From positions 261,297-325,296 of the forward strand of contig JAYQHX010000002.1 of assembly GCA_038141355.1 (NCBI GenBank): a stretch of DNA of 64,000 bases, in the 5' to 3' direction. The DNA comes from Methanobacteriota archaeon. GTDB taxonomy: Archaea > Thermoplasmatota > Poseidoniia > Poseidoniales > Poseidoniaceae. Both the position numbers and the translations under genes were made by a program. How positions within the stretch are numbered: the stretch's first letter is position 1; each line of letters starts with the position of its first letter. Below the pieces are notes generated by a model. It was not told the origin of the DNA. It made no database searches and was given only the letters and a program-made list of their open reading frames with translations. Shown here piece after piece: positions 11,141 to 21,808 of the stretch.

Positions 11141-11181
11141 AATAAACAGTTCTCATCTGAGTATATGAACTGCCGTTTATT
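11141..11181. promoter_or_regulatory. Imperfect inverted repeat overlapping the TATA-like box of the DUF523 gene, directly after the radical SAM stop
   Basis: AATAAACAGTTC...GAACTGccGTTTATT; contains the GTATATGAACTG 12-mer 22 nt upstream of ATG 11139. Confidence 0.4.
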
Positions 11182-11814
11182 TCAAGAAAATGTTTGCATT
11201 AAAATCTTGTATAAATCGCCCTTCTTTGACCTGAAGCCAGTTTGCATAATCCCATTATCAGTCATTACCAACTCTTCTATTGGAGAATTTTGTAGCCATC
11301 TTTCTTCATCTGCGTTTGAATATTTTTTAGTTAAATAGATTAATTCTTGGTTCGAAGACCCTCTCCATAAGAGGTTTTCTTGATTCAAAGAAGCGATGTA
11401 TGGTCCTGATGACAACAAATCAGTCATGGAAAGTAATTTTTGAACGGCATGGTCATTGCTACGACTTAAGGCCTCAAATTCAAAGCCTGTGAAAATAAAT
11501 ACAGATAACGGATTTTCACGTTTTGAATTTACAATATCTATAACGGAAGATATTGCCAATGCCTGCTCAAAAGGCTCACCACCGCTAAATGTAATTCCTT
11601 CTATGCCGTCTATAGAGTTGATCCACTCGGCAATTTTTTCTGGAGATGATAATTTATTGGAGGCGTGTGGATGTGTGAAATTATTGTAGCATCCCGGGCA
11701 GCCTATTGTGCAACCTTGGACCCATATGACCGCTCGAACTCCTGGGCCATTTGCTCTACTACGAGCCATTGTCGTGGCGACATTAAGTAACAAATTTTCA
11801 TCCAAACAAATCAT
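11182..11814 (-). CDS. NrdG/activase-like radical SAM (4Fe-4S single cluster) protein
   Basis: NGPGVRAVIWVQGCTIGCPGCYN (CxxxCxxC), ITFSGGEPFEQ, FTGF, GPY, WRGSSNQ; ATGA overlap with the upstream ATPase. Confidence 0.9.
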   Translation of the reverse strand: MICLDENLLLNVATTMARSRANGPGVRAVIWVQGCTIGCPGCYNNFTHPHASNKLSSPEKIAEWINSIDGIEGITFSGGEPFEQALAISSVIDIVNSKRENPLSVFIFTGFEFEALSRSNDHAVQKLLSMTDLLSSGPYIASLNQENLLWRGSSNQELIYLTKKYSNADEERWLQNSPIEELVMTDNGIMQTGFRSKKGDLYKILMQTFS

Positions 11815-13637
11815 TCCTTCAAACTGAATCTGCTGTGTCCATCCTCACCTTTATCAATGAAAAGTGTCAATCTTCTATCTCCAATTTGGTGTAGCCTGTT
11901 GAATATGAATAGGCTCATCGGGTTGACAATTTCTTGTTCGATTATATTGATTAGTCCACGGCCACCATGGCCAACTTTTCCTTTGCCAACCAAACCTTGG
12001 ACATATACTTCATCTAACTCTAATTCGAGATTGAAATTTTCGAGAAGGTGTTGTTTTATGCCTGTTAATTTAGCATTCATGATTTTTGACCTGATTGCTG
12101 GGTTGGTAATGAAATCGAATACGATTATGTTGTCACCGAACCGATTAAGCAATTCTGGCCGTCCTAAAGTTTCGTTGAAATGACCTTGAACAGCGTTCAT
12201 GAAATGAGATTTAGTGTCATTGTAAGATTTCGAAGGATCCGCATCACTAGCTCCGATGTTTGATGTAAAAATAATCACAGTTTCAGAAAAATGTACAGTC
12301 TGTCCTCGGCCGTCGGTTAGCCTACCATCTTCCAGAATTTGTAAGAATTTGTCTAAAACACGAGGATGAGCCTTTTCGATTTCATCGAATAATAATACGC
12401 TGAAAGGCTTTTCCGCAACCGCATTAGTAAGTTGTCCACCTTCTTCAAAACCAACATAACCTGGGGGCGCACCAATCAATCTTTGATCAGCATGTTCTTG
12501 ACTGAATTCAGACATATCAAATCTGATGCAATTATTCTCATCGCCAAAAATAAATTCGGCAACGGATTTTGCTAGTTCTGTTTTCCCAACTCCAGTTGGG
12601 CCAACAAAAAATAGAGTTCCCTTTGGTTTAGTCATTTGTCTTGAATGTTGAACTCCCGCTAAACCCAGAAATGCTCTTACAATCATAGTGACTACTCTGT
12701 CTACAGCTTCGTCTTGCCCTTTCACACGTTTTTTGATTAATTCACTGGCTTGAGCAACTTTGCTTTCATCTAGTTGCGTCCAAGGGGATTCCTTCTCTCC
12801 GAATCTATACAGATTTACCAAATCATCAATACCCATGCTAGAATCACTTTGTCTAGAAAGTGCAGCCATGTTTCTAATGTCTACCATAGTTAAACCGTCT
12901 GTGATTTCGGCAAGGAGTTGTAATGAATCTCGTTCATTTGATGAATCTTTTACAATGAAGTCTCTTGACATTTTTTGTATTGTTTTCCTTCGGAATTCAA
13001 GATTTGGAGTTGGAATGTTTACTATTTTCACTCTACTATCGTGGTTGTAAAACTTAGGAGGTAATGCCCCTAAGGTTGGAGTTACGATAACTAGTAAACC
13101 GGTAGGGGAATTAAATGATGTAGAACTTAATTGCGAATCATTTAGTTCTGTAATTGCTTTCGCCAAATTGGTTAGTTGATTTCTCTCTTCTGAATCTTGC
13201 TGATTCGGTGTCGTGAGTAAGTGCTCAGTCCAATCTATGATGAACATTGAACGCTTATTTGATTCAGCAGTCAGCACCTTTCTCATGGCTGGGAAAGCAA
13301 CTAATGGGTCGATATATGCGGCTGGTGCACAACCTCCATCTTGCGCATTAGAATCAATATCGAATTCATATTCATCGCCTTCCTCTTCAATACTCGAAGT
13401 TGACTCCATCATATCGTTAAATGTAGTTAGCTGAGATGCATTTGGGAATGATAACCCGTCTATGCTATCCCATGTGCCCTGGAGATTAAATGAGTCTTGC
13501 AAAGTTTCAGTTACCAATTGTGAAAGTCTAAGATTTCGTCCATCATTTGTAGGCCACAAATCCCTAACATTTCCATATAAGATTAGACAACGTCTAAATC
13601 CTGCTTCTCTAGTAATTGTTTTCTTCCATTCCATCAT
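11811..13637 (-). CDS. ClpB/ClpA-family AAA+ ATPase: degenerate N-terminal AAA-like region plus intact NBD2 (AAA_2)
   Basis: VKGQDEAV, GPTGVGKTELAK, RFDMSEF, LIGAPPGYVGFEEGGQLT, LFDEIEKAH, GRLTDGRG, RPELLNR; N-terminal LILYGNVRD / FIIDW remnants; no Clp-N repeats or IGF loop seen. Confidence 0.9.
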   Translation of the reverse strand: MMEWKKTITREAGFRRCLILYGNVRDLWPTNDGRNLRLSQLVTETLQDSFNLQGTWDSIDGLSFPNASQLTTFNDMMESTSSIEEEGDEYEFDIDSNAQDGGCAPAAYIDPLVAFPAMRKVLTAESNKRSMFIIDWTEHLLTTPNQQDSEERNQLTNLAKAITELNDSQLSSTSFNSPTGLLVIVTPTLGALPPKFYNHDSRVKIVNIPTPNLEFRRKTIQKMSRDFIVKDSSNERDSLQLLAEITDGLTMVDIRNMAALSRQSDSSMGIDDLVNLYRFGEKESPWTQLDESKVAQASELIKKRVKGQDEAVDRVVTMIVRAFLGLAGVQHSRQMTKPKGTLFFVGPTGVGKTELAKSVAEFIFGDENNCIRFDMSEFSQEHADQRLIGAPPGYVGFEEGGQLTNAVAEKPFSVLLFDEIEKAHPRVLDKFLQILEDGRLTDGRGQTVHFSETVIIFTSNIGASDADPSKSYNDTKSHFMNAVQGHFNETLGRPELLNRFGDNIIVFDFITNPAIRSKIMNAKLTGIKQHLLENFNLELELDEVYVQGLVGKGKVGHGGRGLINIIEQEIVNPMSLFIFNRLHQIGDRRLTLFIDKGEDGHSRFSLKE

Positions 13638-14563
13638 CTGTTTCCGCCTCCTAAACTTCGAGTATTTCCTCCGGTTGGGAAGCCTTTACTTCCCTTTGAA
13701 ATGCGATCTGGGTTTTTCCAATTATGCTGGACTGGGCCACTTTCGACACCAAATTTTTTCTCAAGCGTCACTAAGACTTCATCTAAGTGGTCTGCACATT
13801 TTCGGTCTACAAAACCTTCCATATCAAATTCCATTTCACCACTTTCTGTAACATCGAATCTAATGTGTCTTCCAGATGACAACTTTCCAACGATTGCTAC
13901 CTTGCCAGATTCTTTGACCAATTTTGGTTTTCCAACCACGAATCCCAGTTCATTCATTGAATTAATTATTGATGAAACAATGTGTCTGCGAAGCTCCTCT
14001 TCAATTACAGATTTGTTGTCTTTATCTCTAATCTCTTTAGCAGATTTTCTAGTCTCATCGATGAACCTATCCAATTCTGACTCATCAGTGAATTTCATTT
14101 TTTGTACCATGTCATCTACATTGTATCTTAGATTGGAGAATGAATCTATGTTCTCTTTTTTATCTAATTCGATTTTAATAAATTTCAATTCATTTTGTAG
14201 AGATTCTAGTTTAGCTGCTTTTCTATTAAGGGTCTGAGCATGTTTCTCTTTTCTGTGGTTGGAAATTTCTTCAATTTGTTTTGCTAGAGATTTGGATTGA
14301 TTAACTTGCCTAAGCATATAGTCTACATCGGCTTCATCAATCGATTTAGCCTTCTCTAAAACATTGCTAATTTCACTGATTTCTTCAGTTGCCCATGCAG
14401 CGTTCCCAGTTCGAGTTAAGGCGGATAAATCAGATTGAATCTCCGAACAAATTTGATTGATTTGTTTCCTTACCCTTTTTCTTCGCTCAACTTCTCGCTT
14501 TCGCTCTATCTCAAGTCGTTGCTTTTCGATTACCCATGCTGGAACAGTGCCTGCTGAACTCAT
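13634..14563 (-). CDS. Coiled-coil protein with C-terminal DUF2997-like domain
   Basis: Long charged heptad region, then IRFDVTESGEMEFDMEGFVDRKC...LEKKFGV resembling DUF2997, then WKNPD and Gly-rich tail; ATGA overlaps on both sides. Confidence 0.65.
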   Translation of the reverse strand: MSSAGTVPAWVIEKQRLEIERKREVERRKRVRKQINQICSEIQSDLSALTRTGNAAWATEEISEISNVLEKAKSIDEADVDYMLRQVNQSKSLAKQIEEISNHRKEKHAQTLNRKAAKLESLQNELKFIKIELDKKENIDSFSNLRYNVDDMVQKMKFTDESELDRFIDETRKSAKEIRDKDNKSVIEEELRRHIVSSIINSMNELGFVVGKPKLVKESGKVAIVGKLSSGRHIRFDVTESGEMEFDMEGFVDRKCADHLDEVLVTLEKKFGVESGPVQHNWKNPDRISKGSKGFPTGGNTRSLGGGNR

Positions 14564-17500
14564 TTTTCATCCCCCGCTGATTTTTTCTTTTCTGCTTTCT
14601 TGCCCCTAGAAATAATTTCTTCAAAGCGAGTATTTGTTGTAGGCAACACCTCTTTATCAACTAGTGGCGAGTGTTTTTCTACCAATTTGCCTAGGGAAAT
14701 GATATCTCCCCCTTTTCGGATTTTCTCGCCACACTGCGCTCCTATGAAGCCATCTTTCTTTTTGATTATTGCACTCCATAGATCATCAGATTTGATCATG
14801 AGAATGATTCTTTCACATACCGATTTTATACCTTCAACATCGCCATCTGAAATCTTTGAGATAGTATTACGAAGTGATTTTCTGAATAACTGGTCTAAGT
14901 TATTCTTTCCAAGATGCTCCAGAACTTCAGGATTCAAATCCTCAATCGCCTCTAATTCAGATTTGAAAGTCTTCTCTGCGATTGAACGCTTCCATCGAAT
15001 GTTCAAATCAGTTGGTTTGATTGTTTTTTCTAGAGTTTTGAAATTGTTTAATTCCAGCATTAATTCTTCGATATTTTCAGGGTTTCGAATATCGGAGAGG
15101 TATAATTTGGTAATTAAGCTACCACAATCAGATGCCATCGGTTCTCCCATATCGTTAATTTCTTCAATTATTTGTTGTATCTCTTCAGGGATTTCATATA
15201 TCGTTGGTTTTTCTAATGATTTTATCCACGTTGGGATACTATTCATCAATACCGGATTAATTAGTTCCGCAAATTTTGGTTTAGTACTTAATACTGGTGC
15301 GTTCCACAACTCTCTGACAAGTAACATTGGTAAATCATCAAAAACAGTTGGTATACTTTGTTTAAGCCCACTGACCCAAATCGAACCATTACAAGGGCGA
15401 TTTTTCTCTGTTGCATCAGAAATTATCTTGCAAGATTTTGAAATATAATTCAAGACTTCTTCTAGCGACAATGTATGCTCCCACTTTATATTAGTCGGCT
15501 CCTTCCAGGAGTCATCATTTCTTTCAACACCTAGTGCCATTAATTCTCTCATCAATTTGATAACTCTTAGCGTGTAATCTAGGCTCGCATTAATTTCTGC
15601 TTCATGGATGAATGGATTACGGTCTTTTCGTACAACGTCTGCGTCTTTTTTCGTTTTCTCGTCGATAATTCCTTTGCTATGTAGACCTGCTAGAGATATT
15701 GCTACTGATTCAGTAGATATTTGATTAGCTCCGGCCAATTCTTTTACAATGTCCTCGAAGTATCTTAATGCTTCAAATTTAGTGGAATTACAATGACCGA
15801 ATCTACAAACTTCTAACCTGGCAGCATCTTCCCATGGCAATCGCTTTTGCCCGTTATTGTGTAATTGCCAAGTCTCTGCAAGATTATTCCAACTTGCGCC
15901 AGAAGCTATTGATTCAAAGACATCTTGTTGAGCATAAGGTTCGACTATGGTCCAGCACCTTTCATTTATTGATTCATCATCTCCCATTATAGAGACTAAT
16001 TTTTCACAAGTACCAATAATGTCCTTCTCAAATAAATCAAATCGTTTGTCGATTAGAACATCAACTATGACGCCTATTACGTCAAATGAACAACCTTGAG
16101 ACAACTTACGGGACTCGTTGTAAATAGAGGCCATATTGCCTATATTCTTGATTTTAGAAATTTGCTCGGTTAACCATATAGTAAAATCAGATTCACTACG
16201 ACTCAATAAAAAGCAAGTTCTTTTATCCAACTCACTTCTTAATCTTCTATCAACTTCTGTGATTGTTTTGAAGCCCATCTCACTATTGAAGCATAATACT
16301 GGCAGTTGTACATTCAGGGATGTGTTTATTTTTCCTTTAATACTAATTTGGGCAGGATAAATCGTTCCATTTGCAGTACTAATTGAACCATTGGGAATTT
16401 CAGTATTGCTTCTTGATAGATCAAATCTTAGTGGGATTTCATCTTCATCTACTAGGTTCCACCCCTTTGTGTTTGTTAGATTTACAGTAGTCCTGTTTCG
16501 GAATAATTGTTCACATGCATCTTTTGTACCTGTCAATTTTATCAAATCATTATGGCCATTAGTTACCATCATACCTCTTGAATCAGATCCTATTTCTTGA
16601 TTCAATATTCGGTGTATGTAAATAACAGGGTCAAAATCTGCAGATTTTACCTTTTCAGTTGGTAGCTTTGATTTCATCATTTCAGAGAATCTTTCAAACA
16701 ACCTTTGCTCGATTTCTTTGTCATTGTTGATCACGGCTTCAATCCATTTCAAACGTATACTGCTTCCTCGTCTATGAACAAAAAATTCGGCAGTTTTGTC
16801 TTCAATTGAAATGGCCAATGTTATGCATATATCAATGAAATCAATGTCGTTTAAATCGCTAAGGCTTTCGTAACTCTGGATTACTAGGTCGTCAAAACGG
16901 CCAGCATTTTTCAGAGCTAGTGTAATATCGTCCCTGGTAGGTACACTAGCCTTCTGTGCGAATTTAGTTAGTGGATTCCAATTCTCAGTTTTAGATAGAG
17001 TTCCTTCAAGGATTCCTTTAATGCCTACACAGATAACTTCTTCACTGCCTAAGCATCTCACTAAACTGAGATTTTCCCTTTTTGCAGGTTCTGTAATTTT
17101 ACCTGTTTGTAATTGCCTTTTACCAGATTCAGTTACTTTAGCCGTGAAGTTCATGAGACGTTTAATTGCATTAGAAACTAGTCCTTTAAAGAGTGACTTT
17201 TTTGGTGCTTCAAGTTGCTTTAACTGTTGTTTTAAGCGTTCTAATTTTCTATATTGGTTATTCTTCACAGCCCCTTTGAAAACATTATTGTTTAATTGAA
17301 ATTCAATCAAATCGATATCTTCACGAAGTTGCTGAGATTGATTTTCCGGTTCTCGCTGATGGCTATCTATAGCTTTCAGATCTATTCAGAGAGCCGAGGG
17401 CTTCTTCGATTAATTCTGGTTCTTTTAATCCTAAACGTTCTGCAATTTCTGCAGCAGAAACATTGGGTATTTCATTAAACGAACGCAGCGTATATTTTTC

Positions 17501-17662
17501 AAGCAAAGTCAAATTACGTTCACTCGATAGTTGTGCATTAACAGCACATCTTTGCATAGGCCATGATGCTTCAATGACATGGACTGGAGAGAAACCAGGG
17601 TTTGACTTCTTCGAAATCAAATTAATCGCTTGTTTAGCATCCTCAGAGCATGTCACGGCCAT
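14560..17662 (-). CDS. Large (~1033 aa) protein with N-terminal wHTH and internal HEPN-like RNase domain; split by probable +1 error at 17374-17376
   Basis: 99-aa and 916-aa ORFs fuse (NRSE-AIDSHQREPENQSQQLREDIDLIEFQL) on removing one base; HTH VSAAEIAERLGLKEPELIEEAL; HEPN pattern LRYFEDIVK...VRKDRNPFIH. Confidence 0.7.
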
Positions 17663-20600
17663 CTATCATCCCTCCTTGTCCAATAACTTCCTGGATTTGT
17701 TTGTACATTGGTTTCTTTACCTTTGAGCCATTATCTCTGATGATTTCAACATTGTTTTTACTCAATGCGAATCGGTTTCCAAGAACAATTAGCAGATTCT
17801 GTGCTCGTGAGAATGCAACGTTAATTCTTTCAGGACTTTTGACGAACGAAGTTCCTGATCTTGGTATCCCACCTTGGTCGAAACCGTTTTTGGTTTGAAC
17901 CTTTTTTGGATTATAAGAATAAGGACGCACCTTCTTTTCAAAGGCATCCCTCTTTTTTTCACTAATTTCCGGAGAAACAACCATACTGACGAATATCACA
18001 GCTCTTTCCCCACCTTGGAATTTATCGACAGTATCAACCTTTACTGATAAGTTTGGCCACCTATTTCTCATTGCAACCCAAGAGTCATTTTCGTTTGCAA
18101 TTTCTCGGAAAGCGTTCTTTTGGTCACCATAAAATGTGATGAATCCAATCGGTAATCTTCCTTCATGGTCTAGATGTTGAAGCATCGAATCTTCAGGCCA
18201 ATTCTCTTGCTGAATCTCTTCTTTACGCTCTGCAACTTGCTGTTCAAATTGGTCGATCATATATTTGGCAATCCTGACCTCTCTGACATTCCTCCTTGAA
18301 GTAGTGTTGGATGGGCTTTCCTCCGAGCAGTATCGGCCGTCTCTATCAAATGTCGAATCAATCCATACGGCATGTTGTTCCTTAACAATCAGTTCCGAGC
18401 CTTCTCTTAGCGCAGAGCCTCCAGAGTCGTTCTTTACTATTGTAAATCCATGCTGCTTCTTTTTGTATTGCTCTTCTTCAGTCAAACCGCGAGTCAATTT
18501 ACCTTCATAGAATTCGTTAGTACAACGCATGATTTGTTCATGCATTCTATATTGTACTGTTAACGTTGATTTCAGCGTTTCATCGGCCTCTTTGAAATAC
18601 TCTGCAAAGAGGGCACTGGTGACCATCCTTTCGAATTTGCCGCCTCTTGCAAATCGTTCGTCTTCCATTTCATCTGCAGTTATTTCTTCTCTAGACTTGG
18701 GGTTTTTGAACGTTGGAGGAAGTTGCCTGTGGTCGCCAACCAATATAGCCTTCCTACCAAGTAGTAATGGTAGCAATATTTCGGGAGGAGTCGCCTTACT
18801 AATTTCATCAATGATAACGAAATCAAACGGGTCTTGTAGATACGGCATGTACCACCCCTTCCTTCCTGCAAAAGATGTGGTAACGCCTTCAATATTGATC
18901 ATACGTTTATACATCTGTTCTAAATCTCTAAGAGTAGATTTCTTGGGATTTTCCAGATCTTTTAGCCAATCGCTTCTAATTTGTCTCCAAATTTCGTTTG
19001 TTTCAATTTCGCTCTGATTGGCCATTAACCAATCATTGCCCGCCTGAATTATTTTTTCAGTGTTAGCTCCTGCTATATCAGTCGAGGTGGAATCGATTAT
19101 ACCACCAGGTAAACCCTGTAATATCTCATTCCAAGATGTGATGCTATCGTTAACCTTTCTTTGGACTAAATTCTTGCTTTCGTCAAGTTGAGAAATTTGT
19201 TTTTTGTTTTGCTCTAATTTGTTCTCCAATTCTTCGATACTTTTGCGAGAATCAATTTGAATAGATTGTAATTTTGAAGAAATCTTCGAAATAATATCCT
19301 TAGAAACATCTGTAATGTTAGAGAGTTCAGACTCTATTGCAGATTTTTCTTCCCGTAATTCTTCGATTGCTGTGTCTACTATAGCACCCAAATTTTCAGG
19401 GGCTTCGAAACTCTTGGTTAACTCAAGTAATTCAGGCATAGATTCATTGTCTACGAATCTTGATAATTCTCTGGTCCAATTTGTCCAGTCGTCATCGCTT
19501 AAACTTGATGAAGAACTTAATTCACTGATTCTATTCTTCAGTTTACTGGCTAATTCGTAATCTTCTTCTTGTACAGCTTTGCCTATATCCTCTCTTAGTT
19601 TCAGGACTTCAGGATCTAAAGAGCCACCACTCGGTAACTTAGTTAGAATGTTTAGAAGTTTTCCGATTTTTTCATCTCTTTCTTGCAACGTTTTATTGTT
19701 CTTTAGCGAAGAAATAAGATCATAATCTAGTTCCATGGCACGAGCCATTTCTTGAGTAATAAGGTCTGGTCTTCCATCGTCATTCAGGTTTATCGCAGCA
19801 GAAACAGTATCTTCTTGGGACAACATTTGATTTCTTTCATAGACGAGTTCGTTTTCATCGTCAAGAATTACCTTTCTTTGTTTTTCAATTTCTAGCAACT
19901 TACTGGATTGTTCTCTCCACAGTTCCTTTACGTTGTCCAATTCATTTTTGCACCGAATAACGCTTTGTTGACCAGTTCTCAGGAGTTCAGACTCCTCAAA
20001 CACATTTCCACAATGCTCACGGATTGATGGTATGAAGAAATCAGTGATTACATTGGTTTCCAAGAAAACTTCAGCCTCTGGATCAACAGATGCACTTCTG
20101 GCGAACCTCCTTATTGGTCTTACATTTGGCGTATGGGGTAATCTTGCTAGAGCATTATCTACGGCCAAATTGGATTGACTTGCTAATAATACTTTTTTTC
20201 CATCTTCAGTTGCCTGATTGATAATCTCTGCAATGACAGTAGTTTTCCCAGTACCTGGCGGTCCTTGTATAAGGAAAACATCTGGTGCATTCAATGCTGC
20301 TCTTACCGCCGACTCTTGTTGTTCATTAAGTGGAGCTAGAGGCTTATGCTGTAGGGCAGGAGGGGTTTTCATGCCGGGTCTTGCCTTACTAATGTCGAAT
20401 AACCAATCATGAACATTATTGTGGCTTGCTTCCAAATCTTTGAGCCTTTTCAGCCCATCATTTTGTCTTTTGATTTGGAAAAGGTCTCGTGAAACATCGT
20501 TAATCAAAAAGTGACCAATATGGGAATCTTTGAGACCGGAGAAAAGGTCGTCTTGATTTGGAGGCTCCACTCTCAATCTGAACTCTTTCATTCCATCCTT

Positions 20601-21722
20601 GAGGTTTGTAGGTTTGCCGAGTAACTTAACGTAAAAACCTGCATCTGCTTCATCGTCTCTTGTTGAACCAAGTTCTTGAGATTCTTCTTTTCTTGTCCAA
20701 ATATCTTCATTCTTTGAATGGCTATTTGGTATTCCGTGTAATGTTCCGCCCCTATTTCGCTTATTTTTTACCCTATTCAACACAGCATCAGGAGCTACTA
20801 ATGTGTAAACATAGAATGGGTCATCGGTGGTTGGAATTTTGATGTCAACAATTTTTGCACCCCATTCATTTCGGCGATTGAGTTCGTACATAGTATCAAG
20901 ATAATCAATCCAATCTGACATTCTTGAGCCAATATTTTGTTTGGTACTCTCCATCGCCCTCAATTTAGTTGCGAACTCGCCAGGGATGGCAACCATGTCC
21001 CAAATTTTGACACCATCTCTTGTTTCCATGTCAATTCTGGAGTGCAAAATTAAATCATTTTCATCCAGTTCATTGATTACTTGGGATGTGAATGCGCTAA
21101 GAATTATCCATTGCACAGTTGGATCCTTGTTACTCTTCTGTATTGTAACACGCGCCACTGGTAATTCTCCGTTTGCTCCTAGAAGTTTTCTTGCTATGGC
21201 ATCTTCTGGATGAGGAAACATATCCCATTGATCACTATCTTTGAATTGAGTCGATTTTCGGAAGCAGGTTCTCACTGATGCAAGAGGATACAACTTCTCT
21301 AGAAATTGTTCAGCAAGTTGGGACCAGCGTGCTCGGTTATCTCTGTTAACCTTTCTTTCATCACCAAGCCCTTCATTTCCTAGAGCGAGTAATTCATAGT
21401 TATTTGCAACCCATTGTGTTAAGCCCAAAGTGGCTTTAATTTGTTTTTTATTCTCGTCTCTTGAAACTTCTTTGGCGTCGCGTCCAAAGTAACCAGATTG
21501 ATAGTACATTGTCATACTACCGGAATGTTGGAAAAATGGGTTTTCTACTTCAGAGGAGATATCCTGATTGTTTTCCGAAATTGCATCTGAAGCATCTGTT
21601 CCACACCAATCACACTCTTCAAATTCATACGAATTTACTTCGTTACATTCGGGACATGTCCAGCTTTGTTCACTTCTCGGAGCAAATGGATTAAACGGTT
21701 TATCTATTCTCCTTCTAGCCAC
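17643..21722 (-). CDS. Upf1/DNA2-like superfamily 1 helicase with N-terminal Zn ribbon and coiled-coil insert
   Basis: LNEQQ, IQGPPGTGKTT, ASQSNLAVDN, IIDEISK, VGDHRQLPP, QYRMH, VDKFQGGE, RINVAFSRA; WTCPEC...CDWC; GTG start with GGAGGGTGA SD. Confidence 0.92.
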   Translation of the reverse strand: MARRRIDKPFNPFAPRSEQSWTCPECNEVNSYEFEECDWCGTDASDAISENNQDISSEVENPFFQHSGSMTMYYQSGYFGRDAKEVSRDENKKQIKATLGLTQWVANNYELLALGNEGLGDERKVNRDNRARWSQLAEQFLEKLYPLASVRTCFRKSTQFKDSDQWDMFPHPEDAIARKLLGANGELPVARVTIQKSNKDPTVQWIILSAFTSQVINELDENDLILHSRIDMETRDGVKIWDMVAIPGEFATKLRAMESTKQNIGSRMSDWIDYLDTMYELNRRNEWGAKIVDIKIPTTDDPFYVYTLVAPDAVLNRVKNKRNRGGTLHGIPNSHSKNEDIWTRKEESQELGSTRDDEADAGFYVKLLGKPTNLKDGMKEFRLRVEPPNQDDLFSGLKDSHIGHFLINDVSRDLFQIKRQNDGLKRLKDLEASHNNVHDWLFDISKARPGMKTPPALQHKPLAPLNEQQESAVRAALNAPDVFLIQGPPGTGKTTVIAEIINQATEDGKKVLLASQSNLAVDNALARLPHTPNVRPIRRFARSASVDPEAEVFLETNVITDFFIPSIREHCGNVFEESELLRTGQQSVIRCKNELDNVKELWREQSSKLLEIEKQRKVILDDENELVYERNQMLSQEDTVSAAINLNDDGRPDLITQEMARAMELDYDLISSLKNNKTLQERDEKIGKLLNILTKLPSGGSLDPEVLKLREDIGKAVQEEDYELASKLKNRISELSSSSSLSDDDWTNWTRELSRFVDNESMPELLELTKSFEAPENLGAIVDTAIEELREEKSAIESELSNITDVSKDIISKISSKLQSIQIDSRKSIEELENKLEQNKKQISQLDESKNLVQRKVNDSITSWNEILQGLPGGIIDSTSTDIAGANTEKIIQAGNDWLMANQSEIETNEIWRQIRSDWLKDLENPKKSTLRDLEQMYKRMINIEGVTTSFAGRKGWYMPYLQDPFDFVIIDEISKATPPEILLPLLLGRKAILVGDHRQLPPTFKNPKSREEITADEMEDERFARGGKFERMVTSALFAEYFKEADETLKSTLTVQYRMHEQIMRCTNEFYEGKLTRGLTEEEQYKKKQHGFTIVKNDSGGSALREGSELIVKEQHAVWIDSTFDRDGRYCSEESPSNTTSRRNVREVRIAKYMIDQFEQQVAERKEEIQQENWPEDSMLQHLDHEGRLPIGFITFYGDQKNAFREIANENDSWVAMRNRWPNLSVKVDTVDKFQGGERAVIFVSMVVSPEISEKKRDAFEKKVRPYSYNPKKVQTKNGFDQGGIPRSGTSFVKSPERINVAFSRAQNLLIVLGNRFALSKNNVEIIRDNGSKVKKPMYKQIQEVIGQGGMIDGRDML

Positions 21723-21808
21723 AAAATCACCCTCCTATTTTACTTTATTTTGTTGTATTTCATTAAATGTTCGCCATCATTAAGAATTATTTACATTTGA
21801 GTCTAGTT

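Noticed and set aside
11182-11814. Annotating as nrdG (anaerobic RNR activase)
   Set aside because: No nrdD in the window, and it is coupled to a Clp-like ATPase; only family-level similarity is supported
11811-13637. Annotating as housekeeping clpB
   Set aside because: Only 608 aa; lacks Clp-N repeats, an intact NBD1 and the M-domain
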